The notes: generated by a model from the letters alone, not told the origin. A stretch of DNA of 64,000 nucleotides from an uncultured Bacteroidales bacterium (GCA_963700275.1 CAVOWZ010000011.1:452144-516143); one strand, 5' to 3'; shown: positions 39,908-49,354, numbered from the stretch's first letter. Numbers and translations are program-made.

Positions 39908-40264
39908 ATGTCAGGCAAATTGGAATTTTCACAAGAGGTACAGCAGATAGCCAGAATTTCAAAGGCTCTGAGTCACCCGGTAAGAGTATATATTCTTCAG
40001 AAACTCTCGAAGATGAACTCTTGTTGCTATAGCGGGGATCTGGTTGAAGAACTCCCGGTTGGCAGATCTACTCTTTCACAACATCTGAAGGAGTTGAAAT
40101 ATGCCGGCCTGATCCAGGGAGAAATCAACCCCCCGTATATTAAATATTGTATTAACAGAAAAAACTGGGAAGAAGCGAAACTACTAATTACTTCATTTTT
40201 TAACGAAAGTGAAACCGAAGAGGTAAGCTGTGAATTATCCGATAATTCAGTTCACCTAAAGTAG
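39908..40264 (+). CDS. arsR: ArsR/SmtB-family transcriptional repressor
   Basis: The HTH reads ISKALSHPVRVYILQKL...CCYSGDLVEELPVGRSTLSQHLKELKYAGLI. The ATG at 39908 is preferred over the TTG at 39875 given in the ORF track. Confidence 0.85.
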   Translation: MSGKLEFSQEVQQIARISKALSHPVRVYILQKLSKMNSCCYSGDLVEELPVGRSTLSQHLKELKYAGLIQGEINPPYIKYCINRKNWEEAKLLITSFFNESETEEVSCELSDNSVHLK

Positions 40265-40313
40265 AACTGCTTAATTTTCAAATTTTCAAATTAACTCATT
40301 TTCAAATTGAATC

Positions 40314-40553
40314 ATGGAAATAAAAATCTTGGGAACTGGTTGCCCGAAGTGTAAAACCCTTGAAAAGGTAACACGTGACGCTGTGAAGGAACTGGGCATT
40401 GAGGCAGATATATCAAAGGAGGAGGATATAATAAACATCATGAATTATGGTATAATGCATACTCCCGGACTGGTTATCAACGGGAAAGTTGTATTGAGCG
40501 GGCAGGTACCATCAGTGAATCAGGTAAAAGAAATACTAATTAAAAACCAATAA
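40314..40553 (+). CDS. Small thioredoxin-fold protein (redox-active disulfide protein 2 type)
   Basis: 79-aa ORF with the CxxC motif GTGCPKCK near the N-terminus. Confidence 0.8.
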   Translation: MEIKILGTGCPKCKTLEKVTRDAVKELGIEADISKEEDIINIMNYGIMHTPGLVINGKVVLSGQVPSVNQVKEILIKNQ

Positions 40554-40563
40554 ATCAGAAAAT

Positions 40564-40992
40564 ATGAAAACTTTCAGATTAATTATTGCCATTTTATTTT
40601 TTGCCCCGGTTATTGCATGCACATCACAACCATCAGATAAAAAGGCAAATGTCGCTGACAATAACTCCGATAAAATTGAAGCCTACTACTTTCACTTCAC
40701 TGCTCGCTGCACAACCTGCAAAACAATTGAAGCCAGGGCAAAAGAAAATCTTGAGTCTCTTTATCCCAACCAGTTTAAACAGGGATTAATGACCTTTCAA
40801 TCTCTTAATCTGGAAGAAGCACCCAATAAGACTCTTGCAGAGAAGCTTGGTGTTTCAGGGCAGACCCTGCTTATTGTAAAAGGAGATAAGAAGGTCAACC
40901 TCACCAACGAAGGTTTCATGTATGCAGTTGTCAAACCTGAGAAATTCAAAGAGATAATCAACGAAAAGGTGGACGGTCTCATGATCAGGTAA
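40564..40992 (+). CDS. Secreted thioredoxin-like CxxC protein (ArsF-like)
   Basis: 142-aa ORF with a signal peptide and the motif FTARCTTCK. It is paired with a CcdA/DsbD-like membrane protein, as in the arsEFG-type modules described for aromatic arsenicals. The assignment rests on resemblance only. Confidence 0.5.
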   Translation: MKTFRLIIAILFFAPVIACTSQPSDKKANVADNNSDKIEAYYFHFTARCTTCKTIEARAKENLESLYPNQFKQGLMTFQSLNLEEAPNKTLAEKLGVSGQTLLIVKGDKKVNLTNEGFMYAVVKPEKFKEIINEKVDGLMIR

Positions 40993-40996
40993 CTGT

Positions 40997-41695
40997 ATGG
41001 AATTTCTTACAAATTTACTTGAAAACAGCACAATGCCGTGGTTAACGGCATTGCTGCTGGGTTTAATGACTGCAATAAGTCCCTGTCCGCTCGCCACAAA
41101 CATTACTGCTATCGGATTTATTAGCAGAGATATAGATAACCGTAACAGAGTATTCATTAATGGCCTGATCTACACTCTTGGCAGGGCAATAACTTATACT
41201 GCAATCGCATTAATAATCTTCCTCGGAGCTGACCAGCTGAAATTTGGCGGCTTCTTTCAGCGTTATGGTGAAAAGATCATTGGTCCGTTGTTGATCCTGA
41301 TAGGGTTCTTTATGCTCGATATAATTAAAATAAATTTTCCGGCATTTAACAGATTGACTTCGGGTATGCAGGATAAGAAAAAGTGGGGATATTTTGATGC
41401 ACTCCTGCTTGGTTTGCTTTTTGCTCTTGCATTCTGCCCTTACAGTGGCGTACTTTATTTCGGGATGCTTGTTCCACTTACTGTTTCAAGTGCTTCCGGA
41501 CTTTACCTCCCGGTCATCTTTGCCGTGGCAACGGGAATTCCGGTAATAATTATTGCATGGGTTCTTGCTTATACAGTTTCCGGGATCGGTAATGTCTATA
41601 ACAGGATCAAAGCGTTTGAACTCTGGTTCAGACGGATCATTGCGGTTCTGTTTATTGCTGTCGGGTTTTATTATATAGTCAGGGCTTACCTGTAA
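40997..41695 (+). CDS. CcdA/DsbD-family membrane protein (ArsG-like)
   Basis: 232-aa ORF with six TM helices and conserved Cys-Pro motifs (AISPCPLATN, LAFCPYSG). Confidence 0.6.
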   Translation: MEFLTNLLENSTMPWLTALLLGLMTAISPCPLATNITAIGFISRDIDNRNRVFINGLIYTLGRAITYTAIALIIFLGADQLKFGGFFQRYGEKIIGPLLILIGFFMLDIIKINFPAFNRLTSGMQDKKKWGYFDALLLGLLFALAFCPYSGVLYFGMLVPLTVSSASGLYLPVIFAVATGIPVIIIAWVLAYTVSGIGNVYNRIKAFELWFRRIIAVLFIAVGFYYIVRAYL

Positions 41696-41710
41696 TTTTT
41701 TTAAGATAAT

Positions 41711-41730
41711 GTTTCGTTATTCCACGAAAT
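41711..41730. promoter_or_regulatory. Candidate ArsR operator (TTTCG-N8-CGAAA) upstream of the permease gene
   Basis: The sequence is GTTTCGTTATTCCACGAAAT. It has the same arm sequence and spacing as 39864-39883. Confidence 0.45.
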
Positions 41731-41772
41731 ACCAATTTTCAAATTGACTCATTTTCAAATTTTCAAATTAAC

Positions 41773-43116
41773 ATGGAGCTCAAAAAAGAATTAAAAATAC
41801 TGTTCTGGATTGCAGCCGTTTTTGCTTTTGCCTTTTTCTTACCAATAGAAAGTGCAAGGTTCAATACAGCCATAGCTGCAACACTTGATCTTGTAAAATG
41901 GTATGCACGTGAGCATTTCATATTATGCCTATTACCTGCATTTTTTATTGCAGGTGTAATTTCTGTCTTCGTGAGTCAGGCATCAGTATTAAAATATTTC
42001 GGCGCACAGGCAAAGAAATGGGTAGCATATACTGTTGCTGCAGTTTCAGGTACAATCCTGGCTGTATGTTCATGTACTGTACTTCCTTTGTTCTCAAGTA
42101 TTCACAAACGTGGTGCCGGACTTGGTCCGGCAATAGCATTCCTTTACTCAGGACCTGCAATCAATATCCTTGCAATTATTCTTACAGCTCGTATTTTAGG
42201 TCTTGAGATGGGAGTTGCTAGGACAGTAGGCGCAGTCTCATTCAGCGTATTAATCGGACTTGTAATGGCTTTCATCTACCGTAAGGAAGAAAAAGCCAAA
42301 AAAGAAGAACAGATGAATATTACTGCCCCGCCTGAGAAACGACCGATGTGGCAGACATCTTTACATTTTTTTACACTCGTCCTGATTCTGGTTTTTGCTA
42401 ACTGGGGTAAACCGGCTGAAGGAGATTCCTCAAGTGCCTGGTACAATCTCTGGTATTATAAATGGTATATTACAGGGTTCTTTAGTTTGGTTCTGGGTTA
42501 TTCATTGATTAAAATATTAAAGATCAGCTGGCAATGGGTCCTTGGGGCAGTCGTGGTCACAGTTGCTTCAGTAATTTTGGCCAATAATCTGATTGAAAAT
42601 GATAAAATCAGACCGCTTGTTCCAATGCTTGTCGGGATCATTTCTCTGAGTGTCATTACTCTTTTGGACAAAAATGATGAAGAAAACAAAGCCTGGACAA
42701 TCGCAACATGGGACTTTGCAAAACTAATTATTCCATTACTTGCAATTGGTGTTGTAATTGCAGGGTTCCTGTTAGGCTCAAACCATGACGATAAGACGAT
42801 TGCAGGTGTAATTCCGAATGAATGGATATCTGCTCTTGTCGGAGGAAATTCTGTCTTTTCAAATTTCTTTGCATCGATAGTTGGTGCTTTCATGTATTTC
42901 GCCACACTAACGGAGGTTCCGATTATTCAGGGACTTTTAGCAGCTGGGATGGGAAAAGGGCCTGCGTTGGCTCTTCTTCTTGCAGGACCGTCGCTATCAT
43001 TGCCAAGTATGCTTGTTATCCAAAAAGTAATGGGAACTCAAAAAACTGTTGTCTATGTAACACTTGTTGTTGTTTTTTCTACAATAGCAGGCTTGGTTTT
43101 TGGTTCAATTTTTTAA
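41773..43116 (+). CDS. UPF0718/ArsP-like permease
   Basis: 447-aa polytopic ORF with the family-typical motif AVCSCTVLP. It sits in an ars context next to thioredoxin-fold genes. Confidence 0.7.
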   Translation: MELKKELKILFWIAAVFAFAFFLPIESARFNTAIAATLDLVKWYAREHFILCLLPAFFIAGVISVFVSQASVLKYFGAQAKKWVAYTVAAVSGTILAVCSCTVLPLFSSIHKRGAGLGPAIAFLYSGPAINILAIILTARILGLEMGVARTVGAVSFSVLIGLVMAFIYRKEEKAKKEEQMNITAPPEKRPMWQTSLHFFTLVLILVFANWGKPAEGDSSSAWYNLWYYKWYITGFFSLVLGYSLIKILKISWQWVLGAVVVTVASVILANNLIENDKIRPLVPMLVGIISLSVITLLDKNDEENKAWTIATWDFAKLIIPLLAIGVVIAGFLLGSNHDDKTIAGVIPNEWISALVGGNSVFSNFFASIVGAFMYFATLTEVPIIQGLLAAGMGKGPALALLLAGPSLSLPSMLVIQKVMGTQKTVVYVTLVVVFSTIAGLVFGSIF

Positions 43117-43258
43117 TCAGTCAGCACAATTAATCATCAGATGGAAACACTAAAAAAATCGTTACTTCTTTTAATAATCCTGACAGCAAGTTTGATAAAC
43201 ACAGACTGTTCAGGTCAGAAATCAAACGCCGGAGATAAATCAAATTTGGAATCCGGAG

Positions 43259-43549
43259 ATGAGAAAGTATACGGTTACTTTTATTGAGCTGGGTTCTGTT
43301 CGCTGTATTCCCTGTCAGCAAATGCAGCCCATAATGAAATCAATAGAAGCGAAATACGGTAAAGATGTAAAGGTTGTTTTCCATGATGTTTGGACCGAGG
43401 CAGGACAGCCTTATGCAAAACAATATGGTATTGAGGCTATTCCCACTCAGGTTTTTCTTGATAAGGATGGGAAAGAATTTTACAGGCATGTAGGATTCTT
43501 CCCGGAAGAAGAACTTGTTAAGGTGCTTCAGCAGAAAGGAGTAAAATAA
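43259..43549 (+). CDS. Thioredoxin-family protein
   Basis: 96-aa ORF with the CxxC motif VRCIPCQ. A 50-codon lipoprotein-signal ORF (43141-43293, METLKKSLLLLIILTASLINTDCSG...) overlaps its start in another frame. Confidence 0.75.
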   Translation: MRKYTVTFIELGSVRCIPCQQMQPIMKSIEAKYGKDVKVVFHDVWTEAGQPYAKQYGIEAIPTQVFLDKDGKEFYRHVGFFPEEELVKVLQQKGVK

Positions 43550-43745
43550 AAAAGTTGCTCGTTACGGGTAGCTTGTTTATAATATTAGAAATTAGTGAAA
43601 CTTCTTAGTGTATTTACAGGAATATGCCTGATCGTCTCACTGGTTGTTAACCGTCAGAAGACCTGGGCAGGAGTTAAGAAAGGAGCGATTATGTTTCTCA
43701 GGCTTCTTCCCACTGCCAACTGCCAATTGCCAACTAATATTAAAT

Positions 43746-44516
43746 TCAGGGTTTAATCTTTTCAAACAAACCAATGAGTTTCGTTTTGTAGATCTCAGCA
43801 ATCTGCTGTTCATGTTCCCCGATCGGTTTTACCGGGATCAGATCAATCACTTCGGTAGCTGATAAATCCGATTTGTACATCAGGTCGAGTGATGCAATAA
43901 TTGTCTCATAGATTGATTTTTTGCTTTCTTCTTCCGAAAGACCGATTTTCTCTCCTATTTCAGCGAGTTCTCTCCACTGGAACCAGAAATATGTGGGAAG
44001 CATGGCAGACATTATTGCATAGCTTTCAAGCTTTTCTTCGGAAACTTCAAAGGTGGTTCCAAGGGGACTCAACATATCCATAATTTCTTTCTTCCCCGAT
44101 GGATCAAATCCTGCTGAAAATGTCACCGGATTATACCCCTCGTTAATATATGAAGTAGCGTTGGGGATCAATCTGGCCAGGTTCTTAACATGAGCTAATT
44201 TCATTGATAACTTAGGCAGATTAATCTTTGGAGCCAGAGAGATCACAATTGCATCTGCTTTTACTTCATTTTTAATAAGCTCCAGCGTATCCATTACTAC
44301 CGGCGGATGAAGCGCGATAAAAACAACATCCTGGCTGGCAGCAATTTTTGCATCGGAAAATTCAACCTCCGGGAACAGTTTTTTCAGATTTGTCAATACT
44401 TCCGGGTTGGTGTCGGTAACAACAATCTTACCGAATTTCACATTTTTATTATTAAATCCCTGCAGAAGGATCTTTGTTACCCTTCCGCCACCGATAAAAC
44501 CAATTGACTTCTTCAT
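43746..44516 (-). CDS. Pyrroline-5-carboxylate-reductase-like NADP oxidoreductase
   Basis: 256-aa ORF with an N-terminal dinucleotide fold (IGFIGGGRVTKILLQG) and a ProC-like C-terminal dimerisation region. Confidence 0.65.
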   Translation of the reverse strand: MKKSIGFIGGGRVTKILLQGFNNKNVKFGKIVVTDTNPEVLTNLKKLFPEVEFSDAKIAASQDVVFIALHPPVVMDTLELIKNEVKADAIVISLAPKINLPKLSMKLAHVKNLARLIPNATSYINEGYNPVTFSAGFDPSGKKEIMDMLSPLGTTFEVSEEKLESYAIMSAMLPTYFWFQWRELAEIGEKIGLSEEESKKSIYETIIASLDLMYKSDLSATEVIDLIPVKPIGEHEQQIAEIYKTKLIGLFEKIKP

Positions 44517-44637
44517 AGTGTTATTTTTAATTATTTAAATTTCAATGAAACAGGCTTATTGCTGTTCTTCGGCATTTAAAATACTGAACTGATCGTTTCA
44601 GCAATCCAATGAACAGGATAAAAACAGAAATCCCAGG

Positions 44638-44967
44638 TTACTTTTTCTCATATTTAACAATCTTAATTTCTGCGAATTCCTTAAAGTGTTTTCTGAGTAA
44701 TTTCCAGTTTTCGAAGTTTATGCAATACTGAAATTTAGGGGGGTCAATGCTACCCTGTATCAATCCGGCCTTCTTAAGTTCGGCCAGATGTTGGGAAACA
44801 GTAGAGTTTGCAAGGTGAAATTCGTTCGATATCTCAGTGAACCGGCATGATTCAAGTGAAGCAAGATGACGCAGGATTACTATACGAACAGGATGCCCAA
44901 GGGCTTTGGCAAAGCGAGCAATCTTTATATCCTCATCCGTATAATGGCTTTTATTCCTGATAGTCAC
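44638..44967 (-). CDS. ArsR/SmtB-family transcriptional regulator (second copy)
   Basis: 109-aa ORF reading FAKALGHPVRIVILRHL...CRFTEISNEFHLANSTVSQHLAELKKAGLI. Confidence 0.85.
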   Translation of the reverse strand: MTIRNKSHYTDEDIKIARFAKALGHPVRIVILRHLASLESCRFTEISNEFHLANSTVSQHLAELKKAGLIQGSIDPPKFQYCINFENWKLLRKHFKEFAEIKIVKYEKK

Positions 44968-45012
44968 GGCATTTTATGTTATAATAAGGCGATTATGGAG
45001 CATAACCAATCC

Positions 45013-45031
45013 ATTCGTAAATTTACGAAAA
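45013..45031. promoter_or_regulatory. Candidate ArsR operator upstream of the second arsR
   Basis: TTCGTAAATTTACGAA (45014-45029) is a perfect 16-bp palindrome with the same TTCG-N8-CGAA layout as the other two sites. Confidence 0.5.
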
Positions 45032-45068
45032 CTTTCATATACAAATTCTCTTCTTTTCATTTTATCCA

Positions 45069-46613
45069 CTAACCAATGGTGTCATCTTTGTATTTTTTCT
45101 TTAACGCTGAAAGCTTTTCCCTCAATTTTTTCAATTGTTTTCTGTACTCTTCCGCTCCAATAAGGTTTTTCATCTCTGACGGATCCTTTTCCAGATCATA
45201 CAATTCCCATGCATCAATTTCATCGTAAAAATGAATTAATTTATATCGTTCAGTTCTGATTCCATAATGAGGAGTTGCTCCAAAAGATTTTTCATAATAG
45301 TGGTAATAAATGGCATCGCGCCATTCGGTTGGGTTTCCTTTCCAGGTTTTACGCAGCGATTCACCCTGCATATCATCAGGAATTTGAACGCCTGCAATGT
45401 CGAGTAACGTGGGTGCAATATCAATATTTTGAACCATCAGGTTGCTTTTTGATCCGCTCTTGATTTCGTCAGGATATTTTATCACCAGCGGGGTACGCAA
45501 TGCTTCCTCGTACATAAACCGTTTATCGAACAATCCATGTTCGCCAAGATAGAATCCCTGATCGGAGGTATAAATAACAATTGTGTTTTTGTCGAGGCCG
45601 TTCTCTTTCAGGAAATCCATAACTTCTCCCACACTTTCATCCACTGATGCTATGCTCCGCAGATAATCTTCCATGTAACGCCGGAATTTCCAACGGTCAA
45701 ATTTTTTCTCGTCGTCTCTCACATTATAGAATTCCGTTTCTTCCTTTTTATAGGCTTCATCCCACACGCGGCGCTCATCCGGTGTAAGCCTTTCCATTTC
45801 TGCGTTATATTCCCGCGGTGCCCATTGGTTGACCGGAACTGTATCGCAAGTGTAGCATGGCACCTTAAAATCCATACGGATGTCCATGTGATCTTTCACG
45901 GTTAACATTTGTCGCTGAAGCGCTTTGCGTCCTTCATAATTGTCGTAAAAATTTTCAGGAAGGGGAAATTCCTTGTCTTCAAATAATTCCAGGTTTTTAA
46001 GAGCGGGCATCCAATTCCGATGCGGAGCTTTATGGTGCATCATTAAAAAGAATGGCTTGTCTTTCTTCCTGTTCTTTAACCAGTTAACAGACAGGTCGGT
46101 AATGATTTCGGTTACATACCCTTTATAAACCGTATCTTTTCCGTTTTTGATAAACGCAGGATTATGATAATTCCCTTGCCCAGGCAATACATTCCAGTAA
46201 TCGAAACCGACTGGAGCACTTTTTAAATGCCATTTTCCGATCATGGCAGTTTGATAACCATTTTTATTAAGAATATTTGACACAGTTTGCTGGCTTCCAT
46301 CGAAAACCTCACTATTTCCTAATACCCCATTCAGGTGTGAAAATTTACCGGTAAGAATAACAGCCCGGCTGGGTGCACTAATTGAGTTGGTAACAAAAGC
46401 CTTGTAGTAAATAATCCCCTGATGTGCAATTTTATCTATATTGGGAGTGTTTATCAGCTTATCGCTATATGCACTGATTGCCTGAAAAGCATGGTCGTCA
46501 GACATGATGAACACAATATTAGGCTTCTGAGTTTTTTGAATTTCCGGAGCACAACTATAAGTCCCTGAAACTGCAGTTAAAATAGCAATGTATTTTAATT
46601 GAAATTTGTTCAT
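45069..46613 (-). CDS. Ser-type sulfatase (N-acetylglucosamine-6-sulfatase-like)
   Basis: 514-aa ORF with a signal peptide and MSDDHA. The formylglycine motif is SAPSRAVILTG (Ser in place of Cys). GKWHL is also present. Confidence 0.88.
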   Translation of the reverse strand: MNKFQLKYIAILTAVSGTYSCAPEIQKTQKPNIVFIMSDDHAFQAISAYSDKLINTPNIDKIAHQGIIYYKAFVTNSISAPSRAVILTGKFSHLNGVLGNSEVFDGSQQTVSNILNKNGYQTAMIGKWHLKSAPVGFDYWNVLPGQGNYHNPAFIKNGKDTVYKGYVTEIITDLSVNWLKNRKKDKPFFLMMHHKAPHRNWMPALKNLELFEDKEFPLPENFYDNYEGRKALQRQMLTVKDHMDIRMDFKVPCYTCDTVPVNQWAPREYNAEMERLTPDERRVWDEAYKKEETEFYNVRDDEKKFDRWKFRRYMEDYLRSIASVDESVGEVMDFLKENGLDKNTIVIYTSDQGFYLGEHGLFDKRFMYEEALRTPLVIKYPDEIKSGSKSNLMVQNIDIAPTLLDIAGVQIPDDMQGESLRKTWKGNPTEWRDAIYYHYYEKSFGATPHYGIRTERYKLIHFYDEIDAWELYDLEKDPSEMKNLIGAEEYRKQLKKLREKLSALKKKYKDDTIG

Positions 46614-46820
46614 AATAATAATCGATATTAAATGAATTAATCAGTGCCTGGAGTGCCTAAATTTCCTGGAATGCCTAAAGTTAATATTTATAGATTGAAT
46701 CAGTATGTTTATTAATCGGAAATGACACTCAATGTATATAACACCTTTCGATGCCAGCCGGTAAAAAATGTTGTACATTTGTTATCAGAAAACTCATTAA
46801 AAACCAAAAAAAGAGATGCC

Positions 46821-46887
46821 CATGAAACCCACATGTTATACCAAAAGAAACACTGATAATTTTGACATTATCAACATGTGGGTTCCA
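46821..46887. repeat. Hairpin repeat family, copy 2
   Basis: ATGAAACCCACATGT (46821-46835) pairs with ACATGTGGGTTCCAT (46873-46887), separated by a 37-nt loop. Confidence 0.75.
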
Positions 46888-46914
46888 TCATCCCATTAAA
46901 ATCAAAATTATACT

Positions 46915-47976
46915 ATGATGAAACCCATTAATCGCAGAACCTTTTTGGGAACCGGAGTAGCTGCTACAGCCATGGTAGCTGCAGGAAAATCATTTTCCGC
47001 CGGAACGGACGAAAAACTTGTTCCGTTAAAGAAAAATAATGAAGATCCCTTCAATCCTGTTACATATAATGCCATGCCCACGAGGTCGTTTGGAAAAACA
47101 GGATATAAGGTGGGTGTTTTAAGCCTTGGCGGTCAGGCCACCCTTGAAATAAAAGGCAGGGAAGAAGAATCTGAAAAGATCATAAACCGGGCCATTGATC
47201 TGGGGATTAATTATATCGACACAGCTGCATCGTATGGCGGGGGTGTAAGCCAGCTGAATATCGGTCGGGTAATGAAAACCCGCAGAGGAGAAGTGTGGTT
47301 GTCTACAAAAACTCACGACCGGACATATGACGGATCGATGCGTCTTCTTGAAGAAAGCCTCAGGAATCTGCAGACAGATCATCTTGACTTATGGCAGCTT
47401 CATAATGTACAGAGGCAGGATCAGGTAGACCAGATCTTTGGTTCGAATGGTGCTATCAAAGCTCTGGAAAAAGCAAAATCCGAAGGAATTGTCAGGAATC
47501 TCGGTATAACGGGGCATTTTGAGCCACTGGTGTTGCTCGAAGCCATAAAACGTTATCCTTTCGATTCAATACTATTGGCAGTGAATGCAGCAGATGTTCA
47601 CTATCTGAGCTTTAAGAATTACCTTCTTCCGGAAGTACAGAAAAGGGGAATTGCAATTGTAGGGATGAAGGTTACTACCCGCAGCCGTATTCTTTCCTCC
47701 TGGACACCACCACCGGCGGAACAGCAAACAGATGAACGCTTACGTACGACGAAACCGGGAACCATTTCGATAAAAGAAGCACTTACATATAATATGAGCC
47801 TCCCTGTAAGCACCACAATCATTGGAGTTGACTCAATTGCTCAGATTGAGGAAAATGTGAAAATAGCTTCCGGGTTCACACCACTGAGCCAGTCGCAGAT
47901 GGATGAAATAGAATTAAAGACTTTGCCGGTTGTAAGGCAGGCTCTTTATTTCAGAAGGTGGGATCTTGGTGCGTAA
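46915..47976 (+). CDS. TAT-exported aldo/keto reductase
   Basis: 353-aa ORF with the signal NRRTFLGTGVAATAMVAAG and AKR motifs (INYIDTAASYG, LDLWQLHN). Confidence 0.8.
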   Translation: MMKPINRRTFLGTGVAATAMVAAGKSFSAGTDEKLVPLKKNNEDPFNPVTYNAMPTRSFGKTGYKVGVLSLGGQATLEIKGREEESEKIINRAIDLGINYIDTAASYGGGVSQLNIGRVMKTRRGEVWLSTKTHDRTYDGSMRLLEESLRNLQTDHLDLWQLHNVQRQDQVDQIFGSNGAIKALEKAKSEGIVRNLGITGHFEPLVLLEAIKRYPFDSILLAVNAADVHYLSFKNYLLPEVQKRGIAIVGMKVTTRSRILSSWTPPPAEQQTDERLRTTKPGTISIKEALTYNMSLPVSTTIIGVDSIAQIEENVKIASGFTPLSQSQMDEIELKTLPVVRQALYFRRWDLGA

Positions 47977-48007
47977 TAAGCGTACTCAGGATCAGATTGT
48001 TTTTAAT

Positions 48008-49354
48008 TCATTCACCCAGGTATGCACAGATCAGTTGTTTGTCGCTTCTGACAAAAACACAGCGATATGCGAAAGCCGGGTGACTCCAGGTTACGCCAGT
48101 TCCATTACGGTTCAGCTGACCGGTAGTCGGCTCAATCAGTCTGGCGCGGCTTATTATTTTTATTCCTTGCGGTGAAAGGTCAGTTATGAGAAGTTCTCCG
48201 TGTTCATTGAACATCCAGGTTTGTTGTTCATGACCGATAAAATGGATATTAGCCCACCTGTTTTTAGTTACTGCTGATAAATCCTCCCATAGCCGGTCTC
48301 CGGTTTCGAGCTTCAGACAACGTAACTCTCCATAACTGTCAACGCCATAAATGCAGTCATCTTTAATTAGCGGAGTATTGATTACACAATGTAGTGCGTC
48401 AGTTTTATACTCACTTTCTCCAGCACGTAACCAAATCTTCTCCGCGGTGAGGGTTTGCTTTCCTAGTTTTACAAGCAGAGAGCCACTATAGAAACAGCTT
48501 ACAAACAGGTAATCTTTATACTGAACCGGTGTGGCAATTCCCATGGCCATTTTAATCTGGAAAGGAACCTTCCAGTATACTCTTCCCGTTTCAGGATCCA
48601 ATCCGTTGAGATTATCTGCTGTCCAGATCACAACGACAGGTTTTCCGGCCTGTTGTATAAGTATTGGTGCAGAATAGGAAATCTTATCATCCATAGCCCG
48701 CCAGAGTTCTTTCCCGGAGTTTTTATCCAGTGCAAGAACTGATGCCCCTTTGCTTCCCCCGATCTGGAGTATTATTTTATTCTTATATATCAGTGGAGTG
48801 GACGCTATTCCCCAGATGGGCATTCTGATCTGGTATTCACTGTCAAGGTCACGCTGCCATAAAACAGTACCCTTCTGAGCGTCGAAGCAGAATAAATGAC
48901 CCATTGTCCCAAGGGAGTAGGCTTTACCTTCGCTGATAACCACTGAAGCCCTCGGGCCGTTTGGATATCCAACATTTCCGTAACGGGAAACATAACTGTA
49001 AGTCCAGATTGTTTTCCCGTTATTGGCATCAACACATAATACCCGTTCAGATGTTTCCGGTTTCTCTGTAAGGTCAGTCAGATAGACTTTACCCCCGGCC
49101 ACTGTGGGACCACTGTAACCCGGCCCGCAGGGAATGCTCCATTTCAGAGGGATCGTGGAATATTTGAATTTTTTTATGATTCCGGTTTCCTCCCAAATCC
49201 CGTCGCGGTTTTTCCCGCGCCAGTCAGGCCATTCCAGGAATTCCGGATTTCGGACCTGAAATATTCCCGTGAAGATCAGGATTAATATTTGAAGGCTCAG
49301 ATATGATGGATTCAAAATAGATGGTTTAATTAAGGATTTTGGCTGAAGCTTCAT
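48008..49354 (-). CDS. PQQ-like / BamB-like beta-propeller repeat protein
   Basis: 448-aa ORF with repeated blades (NNGKTIWTY, QKGTVLWQR, NSGKELWRA, ETGRVYWKV, ETGDRLWED). Confidence 0.7.
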   Translation of the reverse strand: MKLQPKSLIKPSILNPSYLSLQILILIFTGIFQVRNPEFLEWPDWRGKNRDGIWEETGIIKKFKYSTIPLKWSIPCGPGYSGPTVAGGKVYLTDLTEKPETSERVLCVDANNGKTIWTYSYVSRYGNVGYPNGPRASVVISEGKAYSLGTMGHLFCFDAQKGTVLWQRDLDSEYQIRMPIWGIASTPLIYKNKIILQIGGSKGASVLALDKNSGKELWRAMDDKISYSAPILIQQAGKPVVVIWTADNLNGLDPETGRVYWKVPFQIKMAMGIATPVQYKDYLFVSCFYSGSLLVKLGKQTLTAEKIWLRAGESEYKTDALHCVINTPLIKDDCIYGVDSYGELRCLKLETGDRLWEDLSAVTKNRWANIHFIGHEQQTWMFNEHGELLITDLSPQGIKIISRARLIEPTTGQLNRNGTGVTWSHPAFAYRCVFVRSDKQLICAYLGE

